A DNA stretch of 63,563 nt, the filler included, from Thraustochytrium aureum (taxonomy: Eukaryota), in NCBI GenBank assembly GCA_012862495.1. It is 6 parts of 2 records of this genome, joined end to end, with 100 filler letters (N's around TTAATTAATTAA, not from the genome) between each part and the next. Parts side by side here need not be neighbours in the genome. Positions count along the whole stretch, not along the records: positions 24,280 to 38,812 come from BLSG01000427.1; 5 more parts are not named here. One strand, 5' to 3'. The position numbers were made by a program, and so were the translations under genes. Positions 24,338-33,715 of the stretch are shown in pieces. Position 1 is the stretch's first letter, and each line of letters starts with the position of its first letter. The notes under the pieces are model-generated. The model had not been told where the DNA came from. It saw nothing but the letters and a program-made list of their open reading frames with translations, and ran no database searches.

Positions 24338-25165
24338 ATGGACCGAAGCGAGTCGAGCGGGCTGAGGCTGATCGCGGCACACCTTGCGCAGGTCAAGCTG
24401 GACGCTGCGGAGAACGAGTATGTGGCCAAGGTGCGGATCAGGGAGCTGGAGCGAGCGCTGGACGAGGCCTCGGTTCAGCTAGAAGAGTGCTTTTCGGACC
24501 TGGCGAACTACAAGGCGCAGATACAGCAGCTGCAGAGCGAGAACACGTACAAGGCGCTCGTGGCGGAGCGCGACAAGTGGAAAAAGTTGATCGATACTCT
24601 GCGCAAAGACAAGGCGCAGCTTCGCGCGCGCGTCAACGAGTTGGAGGGCCAGCTTGGGATCAGCGCGGACAGCGACGAGCCGCAGCACGAGGATAACGCC
24701 GCAGCATCGCCGCGGCTTGGCAGCCCAACCTGGTCCCAGACGATCGCCGCTGGGAACGCGACCTTGGCAGCAAGCCTTCAAAGGCAGCGACTTGACTCGT
24801 CGCAGACGCAGGTCACGCACGGCCCGCACTACTCTGCGGCCGAGTGGATCCAGTTGCAAGGCGAAGTCAAGTTCTTGCGAAACGAAATCGAGCACAAGGA
24901 GGTGGAGATCATCGCGCTCAGGAACAAGCTCGACCGTGAACTTGAGCTCAAGTGGGAGCGCCAGCACCAGGGGGGTGTTGGCTGGCAGAAGAGCTTGTTG
25001 GAGAGCTTTGCGGAGGTACTCGCGCCGTATCCGAGCAGCCCGCCGCCCAGCCCGACGGGGTCCTCTTCCGGCGGCGCCAGCCACAAGAGCACGCCGAGCG
25101 CGTCGTCCTCGCCAGCCCCAGATCTGGGCGGCCCGGATCGGGTCATCCTCTCGCAGACCTTTTGA
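24338..25165 (+). CDS. Coiled-coil hypothetical protein
   Basis: ATG 24338 (MDRSESSG). Heptad-rich E/K/L segments (RIRELERALDEA, KAQIQQLQSEN, LRNEIEHKEVEIIALRNKL) and coding-like codon bias. Confidence 0.7.
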   Translation: MDRSESSGLRLIAAHLAQVKLDAAENEYVAKVRIRELERALDEASVQLEECFSDLANYKAQIQQLQSENTYKALVAERDKWKKLIDTLRKDKAQLRARVNELEGQLGISADSDEPQHEDNAAASPRLGSPTWSQTIAAGNATLAASLQRQRLDSSQTQVTHGPHYSAAEWIQLQGEVKFLRNEIEHKEVEIIALRNKLDRELELKWERQHQGGVGWQKSLLESFAEVLAPYPSSPPPSPTGSSSGGASHKSTPSASSSPAPDLGGPDRVILSQTF

Positions 25166-25593
25166 GCCGCAGCAACGACCACGTGAGCCGGGGAGTGCAC
25201 GCCAACGTGGCGTCTCGCTCCGAATGGCCTCCAAATGTGCCTCCAAATGTACCCTAGTTGATTTCTTCTGGCGTGGGCCTCTTCCAAGGCGCCCTGGCCC
25301 CCTGCGGCACGGTGCCGCAGAATCGGAGAAGAGGAACTCAACGAGCATATAAATGCGCCTCTTGGCAGGCCCGAGTCCACATGTGGAACGTCGGCGAGCC
25401 CAGCGTGCTGCTTCTGGACCAGGGGTTGGTCCGCGAATAGCAGCTGGCGCTGGCGAGTCTACCGACGCCCAACTTGTTTTTTTTTAAACGCCGGTTGGGC
25501 TGCCGGGATCCGAAGAGAAGAACGAGTGGTCGTGCTCGCGCGCGGGACTCAAGGGCTTTGTTTACAAACCACAGCTCTGTTTTTCTTTTCTCG

Positions 25594-25702
25594 TTTGGTC
25601 CTGCTCGTTGTTAGGCGGTTGTCGTTTCTCGCCCTTTTGGTCCTGCTCGTTGTTAGGCGGTTGTCGTTTCTCGCCCTTTTGGCTCTGCTCGTTGTTGGGC
25701 GG
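25594..25702. repeat. 42-bp tandem repeat, about 2.6 copies
   Basis: Unit tttggtcctgctcgttgttaggcggttgtcgtttctcgccct starts at 25594 and 25636, with a degenerate copy at 25678. Confidence 0.9.
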
Positions 25703-26075
25703 ATACAGGTGTGCCGGCACCGACGTGCTGGCGACTGGCGTGCTCAGCGTTCTCTCGCTGCGCCGCGCCTCCCCAAGCTAGCCGCAGCACAGCAGCTGCA
25801 ACCCGAGCGCGGCCAGCTGCCTCCGCCGCGCAGCAGGGCCCAGCAGTGCCATAAACGACGACGACCCGCACTTCTGGCTCTGCTGGCCAAGGGAATCAAC
25901 AAGGGAGGGCAAGGCGAAGCGAGGCGAGGCGAGGGAGAGAGGGAAAATCGGTTACGGTGAGGGCGACGGACCACCAAACCAAGCAAAGGATGCGCTTGGC
26001 TCCGTTTTCACCCTACGAGCGGCGCCTCCGAGATGGTGGCAGGCAGAATGGCAGGCAAAAGGACGAGAACCCCGA

Positions 26076-27574
26076 CTACGTTCGGGCCTTGAACGCCTCC
26101 CAGTTTGTGACCATGATCTTGGAGCAGGCAGAAAGAGCCTGCTTTTGCACCTCCTGCGACCTGTGCGAGAGCAGCGTCATGATCGCCTGCTTGCCGCCGT
26201 ACTTCTCGACGATGAGCTTCCCGTTCGGAAAGTACTGCACGAAATACCCAATGTCAGAGGCAGCCACCGCAACAGTAAGGTCGTCCTCCGAGCGCAGCAG
26301 CTCGATCAGGCGCTCCACCGAGCTAAAGTTGTTGTGCTGAAACTTTAGCGCGTTCTCGCGCCAAAAGATCTCCTCGTGCACCATCGACCAGGCCAGCTTT
26401 TTCGAGAGGAGCTCCTGCTCGTGGCGCTCAAAGGTAGTTAGCACTTTAAAGTTGCGGCTCAGAGTGTCTTCGATCCACTCGAGGTCGTCCAGGAGCTCCT
26501 GGTCCNNNNNNNNNNNNNNNNNNNNNNNNNNNNNNNNNNNNNNNNNNNNNNNNNNNNNNNNNNNNNNNNNNNNNNNNNNNNNNNNNNNNNNNNNNNNNNN
26601 NNNNNNNNNNNNNNNNNNNNNNNNNNNNNNNNNNNNNNNNNNNNNNNNNNNNNNNNNNNNNNNNNNNNNNNNNNTCGCAAAGGACGTGCTGCCGGGCCTC
26701 CGAGGCGAGCGCGATGTGAATCGTCGCCAAGCAGGTGCGCACGACGCGCACGCGCGGCTCGGACCGCAGGATCATGACGAGCGTGCCCAGGCTGGCCTGG
26801 TCCACCTTGGCCGCGGCTTGCTCGTGGAAGCACGCCAGCCACGTGCACAGGACGGCGTTGTACTGGGTGTCGCCGCCCATCGAGCCAAACGAGCGGTCGA
26901 GCAGGCCCAGGAGGGCCAGGATGCCGTTGCGCGCATCAAAGTCGGCGCGCATCTGGGAGGTGCGGAGGAGCACCGACAGGCTCTGGATCGCGGCGGAAAT
27001 GCTCTGCCCCTCTCGCGGTCGAGCCGTCGATCTCGCTCACTACGGCGTTGAGAACCGCCTTGCGGAGGTCTGCCTGCTCGGGCACGGTCGCGGCCACGCT
27101 CAGGAGGAGCGACAGCACATAGATGCCCTTGGCGCGCACCTGCACGTCCGGGTGGGTGACGAGGCCGCTCATCTCCGCAATGCGCAGTTTGGGGGCTTCC
27201 TGGGGACGCGCTTCGCCGGAAAGCAAGTCGGTCTCTCCTGCGTCGCCAAACATGCGGCTCGCGTTCCCAGCCGTGTCTGGCAGGAGCGCATCCTCCACCA
27301 TGTGCAGCGTGTACCGCACGGCGTCAGCGTCCGCGACGCTGCTCAGAACGCGGCATGCGGCGCGCCCAAAGTCCTGAGCATTAGAACCTTGCGCGAGAAT
27401 CTCATTGATCGCCTCCGGGGACTGCCCTTCGACCATGCGCAGCGCCCTCACGTCGTCCGCCGACACCAGCCCGCCAGCCTGCGAAAACGCCGCCCAGTTC
27501 GGCACCTTCAGGCTCTTCCTCGCGGTGTCCGTATCCAGCACAAACCGGCTCTCCACCAGGCTCAGGAACCCCAT
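26076..27574 (-). CDS. ATP6V1H: V-type proton ATPase subunit H; internal gap and apparent frameshift ~27000
   Basis: C-terminal LTTFERHEQELLSKKLAWSMVHEEIFWRENALKF..VAVAASDIGYFVQYFPNGK..GGKQAIMTLLSH..EVQKQALSACSKIM. Middle QYNAVLCTWL..RVRVVR. ATG at 27574 (MGFLSL..VPNWAAF). Confidence 0.93.
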
Positions 27575-27705
27575 CGTGCCGATCTCCGGCGCCTGGCCCT
27601 CCCGCGACCGTCGGCGGCGCGTCCTGCACCTCGAGCCGCACCTCTCGAGCTGCCTCTCTACCCAGCGCGCGAGCCCTGCGGCGCCAGCCCTCCGAGCAAC
27701 ACCGC

Positions 27706-27828
27706 GCCTGCCTGCCTGCCTGCCTGCCTGCCTCCCTGCCTGCCTGCCTGCGTGCCTGCCTGCGTGTCTGCGAGCGCGTTGGCCTGCGTGCCTGCCTGGC
27801 CTGCGTGCCTGCCTGCGTGCCTGCCTGC
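27706..27828. repeat. Imperfect (GCCT)n/(GCGT)n microsatellite upstream of V-ATPase H
   Basis: Read directly: gcctgcctgcctgcc... Confidence 0.9.
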
Positions 27829-28338
27829 GAGTCTCCCGTGTCTCGTGTGTCTGTCCCTCCCTCTCCCTCAGTCTGCCTCCTGCCTCTTGTTGCGCTGCGG
27901 CAGCGGATTCGACGCTCTGCGGAAGGGGCCGCATCGGACGGAATAATCGCCCGCGAGCTGCTGCAGCAGCCGGTTTTTGGAGGGGTGTGGGCGCGTTTGA
28001 AGGAGGGCCCGCGAAGTGCAAGAGGAGGAGAGGGGCTGTTTCTTGCCCAGCGGAGGATCTTTTGACGACGTGCGTGCGTCGGGCGACGAGCAAGGAGCTG
28101 TTCGGATTTTGGTCTGTGTTTCTCTGTTGCTTTCTTCCGTGATGATGTGGCTTGCCAGCCGCGGCGGAGGCTCTGGGCAATGCAGACGCTTTCAGTTGGC
28201 ACTGCTGGCTGGCACTGCTGGCTGGCTGGCTGGCGTTGCGCGGCCTCGCTCGCTGCTGGCTCAGCTCTTCGGTCAAACCAACACCAGTGTGAACTCTGTT
28301 CTGAAAAATGTAAAAAATGGTCACGAGTCTATCGATGG

Positions 28339-29549
28339 TCAAAAGTCGATCTGGTTGGCCGCCGCGTGGCCGACCTTGTCGAGGTTGGGACGGCAGGCAA
28401 ACTTGATCATGGGCGGCGGGCCGCACATGAGCACAACAGTGTCCTCGGACGGCGCAGGGAGGTAGTTGCGGACCATGGACTCGTCGATAAAGCCCGACGA
28501 GTACTTCCAGCCCGCTGGCGGCCGGTCGAGCGTGTAGTGGATCTTGAACCGGTCTGGGTGCGCGCTCTGCAGCTTCTCGAGCTGCTCGCACAGGAAAATA
28601 NNNNNNNNNNNNNNNNNNNNNNNNNNNNNNNNNNNNNNNNNNNNNNNNNNNNNNNNNNNNNNNNNNNNNNNNNNNNNNNNNNNNNNNNNNNNNNNNNNNN
28701 NNNNNNNNNNNNNNNNNNNNNNNNNNNNNNNNNNNNNNNNNNNNNNNNNNNNNNNNNNNNNNNNNNNNNNNNNNNNNNNNNNNNNNNNNNNNNNNNNNNN
28801 NNNNNNNNNNNNNNNNNNNNNNNNNNNNNNNNNNNNNNNNNNNNNNNNNNNNNNNNNNNNNNNNNNNNNNNNNNNNNNNNNNNNNTATCCTCCTCCGTCT
28901 GGTTGGCGAACAAAAGCCACAGCTTGGTCTCGTCCGAGGGGTCGCGCAGCACCGTGCTGATCAGCTGCAGCATGGGGGTGATCCCCGTGCCCCCGGCGAT
29001 CATCCCCACGTTCTTAAACGTCTGCTTGTTGCGCTTGATCGTAAACGTGCCGTGGCCCTCGTATGTGTAAAGCCCAAAGGGGCCCTGCACCTCGACCACG
29101 TCGCCAACAGCGAGGCGGCTCAGGTGCTGCGAGACCTTGCCGCCATCAGGGAACTGCTCCTTCGACTGGCCGTCATAGATCTTGAGCACGAGCTCAAAGT
29201 ACCCGCGGTCGGCGTCTGAGCTCGTCGGCGTGTACTTGCGCTCCACTTCGCCCTTGCCGTGCTCTGCGTCTGGCCGGCCGTTCCAGTTTCCGGGTTCCTT
29301 GCCTACCGCGTTGGGGGCAAACACCTTGACGTGCTTGCCGACGGGAAGCCCGAGGACCATGTTGTCGCTTGGCAGGGCGAACCGGAACCGCCGCACGTCG
29401 TGCGAGAGCGCTTCGGTCTCCACGAGGCGCACCTTCTGCCTCGACTTGTCTAGGAAGGGCGTCGGTTTCGCCCCCTTCTTCTCCCCGAGCACCATGAACA
29501 GCACCACCGAGGCCACCACCACCACCACGGCCACTACAACAGCAAGCAT
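28339..29549 (-). CDS. CYB5R: NADH-cytochrome b5 reductase with an N-terminal membrane anchor; internal gap
   Basis: MLAVVVAVVVVVASVVLF anchor, then LSHDVRRFRFALP..LGLPVGKH, RKYTPTSSD, GGKVSQHL, GMIAGGTGITPMLQ, LLFANQTEED and LMCGPPPMI. Confidence 0.95.
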
Positions 29550-29868
29550 GGCGGCGCCCAGAAGCTCAGCGCGAGTCGAGTCTGACCGCGAGTTCACTGT
29601 CCGGTCTCGCGCCAAAACGGATTGCGTCTTCAGCCAACCGTGGCACAGGCCAGCCCGAGAGCCTCCGCGCTGCCACGCCACTGCAACTGCTGTTGCTGTG
29701 CCACTGTTGCTGGTGCTCCTGCTGCGCCTGCTGCTCCTGCTGCGCCTGCTGCTCCTGCTTCCGCTTCGTCGTCTGCTGCTCCTGCTCCCGCTGCTGCTGT
29801 TGGTGGCGCTTCTCGACTGCGTCTTATGGTGTGCGTCGTCGAGTCTTACACGGAACACGTTCAAAAGG

Positions 29869-30086
29869 TGACGCGGCTGACGTGACAGGGAATCCTCTGT
29901 GACGTGAAAGTGACGTGCCCCGAGGGAGCAGCACATGTGTCGGCCGAGTGACGGGGCAACGTCGACGTTTGGGGGGTGCGTTACGAGGATACTGTGCAAT
30001 GTCCGCTGTGTCGAGATTGACGCACGCGAAGTGCGTGACTGGGCTCTCTGTGTGACGTACGTATGACGGCGGCGGGCCAAGTGACG
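29869..30086 (+). promoter_or_regulatory. Cluster of nine TGACG (bZIP CRE half-site-like) motifs in the divergent intergenic region
   Basis: TGACG begins at 29869, 29878, 29900, 29911, 29949, 30018, 30053, 30064 and 30082; three extend to TGACGTG. A regulatory role is inferred. Confidence 0.5.
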
Positions 30087-30314
30087 CGTATTTCGGGGTG
30101 TGTGCGTTTCCTCGCTTTTTGTTTCGTCTCGAAAAGCATCTTGATTGAAACGCGGGCAATGCGCTGCAAGATCGGCTGGCTGCCTGCCTGCCTGGCGTCC
30201 TGCCTGGCGTCCTGCCTGCGTGCTTTCTGAGGAGCGACTCTGCTGGCCTGTCTTCGCGTCCTGCGAGCATCGGGGCGGTCTCAATCCGTGCTTCAGCTCG
30301 GTCTGGACCGAAAA

Positions 30315-31147
30315 ATGCGTCATTTCGCGCGGGTGGCCGCACGGCGCTGGGCTGTGGCGGGCCGCGAAAGAGCGGTGGCCACGTGCAGCGAGTCGCATGA
30401 GGGCCGGCCCGCGGTGGTGCTGCTTTTCCCTGGGCAAGGATCGCACAGACTTGGAATGGGGCGCGACTTGTTCGCCGAGTTTCCCGCAGCGCGGCAGGTC
30501 TTGCAGCAAGGCGACGAGGCGCTCGACGGGCTCTGCTCTGAGCTTCTGGTGAGCAACGAGGAGGACGCGTGCGGGACGACGGAGAATGCGCAGCCGGCGA
30601 TCCTCACCGTCTCGGTCGCTGCGCTGCGGGCGCTCCAAGATCTAGGTGTTGGGCGCACCCCAGAGTTTGTGCTTGGGCACTCGCTCGGGGAGTTCTCGTC
30701 CATGGTAGCGGCTGGCGTGCTGAACGTCAGGACGCCCTCAGACTGGTCAGGGCGCGGGGCGTGGCGATGCGCAAAGCAACCAGAGCCTTCTACGACGGTA
30801 CTGGTCACGAGCCGCTCATGAACGTCTTGATGCCCATCTCCCCAGACGATGCAGGCAAGGCGTGCGCCGCCGCACGTGAGGCGCTGCGAGACCAACTGGG
30901 TACACTCGCTGTTTGCCAGGTTGCAGGCATCAATGCGCCCTCGCAAGTCACAATCTCTGGGACTCGTCAAGTCGTTGAACGCGCTTGCGAGTTGGCAAAG
31001 TCCGACTTTCGATGCAGGCGCGCCGTGGCGCTCCCCGTCGACGTACCCTTTCACTCAGAGGTGATGCGTGCCGCGCAGCCAGACCTGAAGCAGGCTTGTG
31101 ATCGGCTCATGTGGAATGACGCTGCTGTGCCAATTATTTCCAACGTG
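30315..31147 (+). CDS. fabD: Malonyl-CoA:ACP transacylase (FabD/MCAT), mitochondrial-like; 3' end in gap; apparent frameshift ~30727
   Basis: LLFPGQGS, TENAQPAIL, catalytic GHSLGE, LVRARG, INAPSQVTISG, LPVDVPFHS and PIISNV. Arg-rich N-terminus MRHFARVAARRW. Confidence 0.93.
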
Positions 31148-32425
31148 NNNNNNNNNNNNNNNNNNNNNNNNNNNNNNNNNNNNNNNNNNNNNNNNNNNNN
31201 NNNNNNNNNNNNNNNNNNNNNNNNNNNNNNNNNNNNNNNNNNNNNNNNNNNNNNNNNNNNNNNNNNNNNNNNNNNNNNNNNNNNNNNNNNNNNNNNNNNN
31301 NNNNNNNNNNNNNNNNNNNNNNNNNNNNNNNNNNNNNNNNNNNNNNNNNNNNNNNNNNNNNNNNNNNNNNNNNNNNNNNNNNNNNNNNNNNNNNNNNNNN
31401 NNNNNNNNNNNNNNNNNNNNNNNNNNNNNNNNNNNNNNNNNNNNNNNNNNNNNNNNNNNNNNNNNNNNNNNNNNNNNNNNNNNNNNNNNNNNNNNNNNNN
31501 NNNNNNNNNNNNNNNNNNNNNNNNNNNNNNNNNNNNNNNNNNNNNNNNNNNNNNNNNNNNNNNNNNNNNNNNNNNNNNNNNNNNNNNNNNNNNNNNNNNN
31601 NNNNNGCCAAGGCAGGGCCTTGCGTTTTGTTTCGGTAGCCGATGCAGCGTCCCTCGCTGCGCTCGCTGCCGACCCGGTCTGATGCGTCGTCCCGCGTGCT
31701 AGTGACCTTGGAGAAAGAAAAAAATCTTCTCCCAACTGCTTGCACTCGCGCGCGGCCAGCGGGCCTCAGCACTCTCTCTCTCGCTTTACATACTCAGTTC
31801 GCCGCTGCCGCATCCACGCCGGCTCGCTGGCGAAGCAGCCTCGAGCACGGCGCTCTCAGCAACGTGGCCGTCGTGGCCCGCTCCCGCGCCCTCGCAGCAT
31901 GCGCAAGGACGCGGGCGCTCGCCCCGCAGCCAACGCCAGCTTGCGGGTACTAGAGAGCGCAACTGCGGACAGCCAGCGCTCGAACACCGTCACTCAGCAG
32001 CCCCAGCAGCAGCGCGCGCAGCTCGCGGTGAGGACACGGTCGGCATGACCAGTTTCAGAAACATGCCCGACTCGCGCCGTGGCAGTCGCTCAGGAGGACG
32101 GCCTGCAGCGCGCCGCCGCATTTCCGCGCAGAGACGGGGCTCGGGGAGCACGACGACATGGCCGGAATGATCGACGCGCGCCTCGCGATCGGCTGTGCAA
32201 TGGATGCATCGTCCGGCCTCAACTCCTGTAGAGTACTACTCTAAACATCACACGCACGCACAGGAGGTCAACGTGCAATGCAAAAAGGAGGTTTCACCCA
32301 GTCTCCAAACGACCTCGAAGCCACAAAGGCACAGCAGCAGCTCCAGAAGCAGGCGAAAGAGGGTCAAGCGCGGGTGAGGGCGGGCTGGGTCGGTCGGCTG
32401 CACGGTGCGGCGGCGCGGCTCTGAA

Positions 32426-33523
32426 ATGGCGCTTTCAGCGACCTGGCGCGCGAAATGTGCGGCCGCTGCTTGGACTGCGGGACGGAGCGGCAACGGCCTC
32501 GCGAGACGCGCGAGCAGCTTTGCGGGAGAAAGGGGGGATGGGCGCGTGGTGCCCACAACGTTCACGAGCAGCAGGATCATGGGGCCGAATGATGCGAATA
32601 TGCACGGGAACGTCCACGGCGGCCAGTTGCTGCGGTTTATGACGGATGATGCCGCCTTTGTTGCGGCGCTCCGGTTTCTCAACGCGAGGCCAAATGGGCT
32701 CCCGACCGTGTTCAATGCAGCGCTCGCGACGCTTGGCAAAACAGAGTTCCACTCGCCCGTTTTTATTGGCGACGTCGTCGAAGCACACGCCAAGGTCGTG
32801 TACACGTCCAAACGGAGCCTTCAGGTGGACGTCGACTTGTACTCGGAGACTGTCATGACCGGACACCGCAGGCTGACCAACAGCTGCACCGCCTTCTTTG
32901 TCGGGCTCGACGAGGCCTTCCCCAAAGACCTGGTCGTTGCGCCGCAAGTTCCGCAACTCGCGGTCGCAGACAAGGCGCAGGCGGAGCGCGGCCAACGCCT
33001 GTACCTCGAGCAAGTCAACATCCGCAGCTCGCTCGACGTCTCGCAGGAGGCGCTTTTGAAGCGGTTCTACGCAGACGACTGGAACGCGTACATCGCGACG
33101 GTGCTCCTGCCGACTGATTGCTTTCAAAACTCCATTGCGCAAGGTGGCAAAATTATCAAGCTCATGGACGAGGTCGGTTTCCTCGCGGCGTTCCGCCACT
33201 CAAAAGCGAACTGCGTCACGGCCACGATGGAAACCATCCGATTCGAAGCGCCGCTGCGCAAGGGCGAGCTTGTCTCGCTCAAGGCCCGGCCCACTTTCGC
33301 GTCTGGCAAGTCGCTCGAGGTGGAGATTATCGTTCATGGCGAGGACCCCATGACGGGCGACCAGCGCATTGCGGCGCACGGCTACTTTGTCTTTGTCGGG
33401 CTCGATGCCAGCGGCAGGGCGGTGACCTTGCCGCCGCTCGAGGTCGACGACCCTGCAGCCAGGGCGCGCTACGAGGACCGCAAGCAGCGACGCGCAGCCA
33501 CGCAGGCCGGGCGAGCTGGTTAG
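32426..33523 (+). CDS. Double-hotdog acyl-CoA thioesterase (ACOT7/YciA-like) with an Arg-rich N-terminal extension
   Basis: MGPNDANMHGNVHGGQLL..FHSPVFIGDVV..VYTSKRSLQV; second hotdog fold LLPTDC..GGKIIKLMDE..CVTATME..FEAPLRKGE..FASGKSLEVEI..YFVFVGLD..G. Confidence 0.9.
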   Translation: MALSATWRAKCAAAAWTAGRSGNGLARRASSFAGERGDGRVVPTTFTSSRIMGPNDANMHGNVHGGQLLRFMTDDAAFVAALRFLNARPNGLPTVFNAALATLGKTEFHSPVFIGDVVEAHAKVVYTSKRSLQVDVDLYSETVMTGHRRLTNSCTAFFVGLDEAFPKDLVVAPQVPQLAVADKAQAERGQRLYLEQVNIRSSLDVSQEALLKRFYADDWNAYIATVLLPTDCFQNSIAQGGKIIKLMDEVGFLAAFRHSKANCVTATMETIRFEAPLRKGELVSLKARPTFASGKSLEVEIIVHGEDPMTGDQRIAAHGYFVFVGLDASGRAVTLPPLEVDDPAARARYEDRKQRRAATQAGRAG

Positions 33524-33715
33524 TGATCGTGGTCTTGCGGCGCTAAACGGTGCTCGCGTTGTCGCGTTCGCAGCCGCGGGCGCGTGACTGACGCGAACAC
33601 CGCAGCTCCTGCTTGCTTGAGATCGAGCTACTAGCTAGTAGCTATTCTAAAGGTTGGGGAGACGAGTAAAAGAGAACAGCATCTCAGAAACGTCCGTCGG
33701 GCCAACCAGTGGCTT

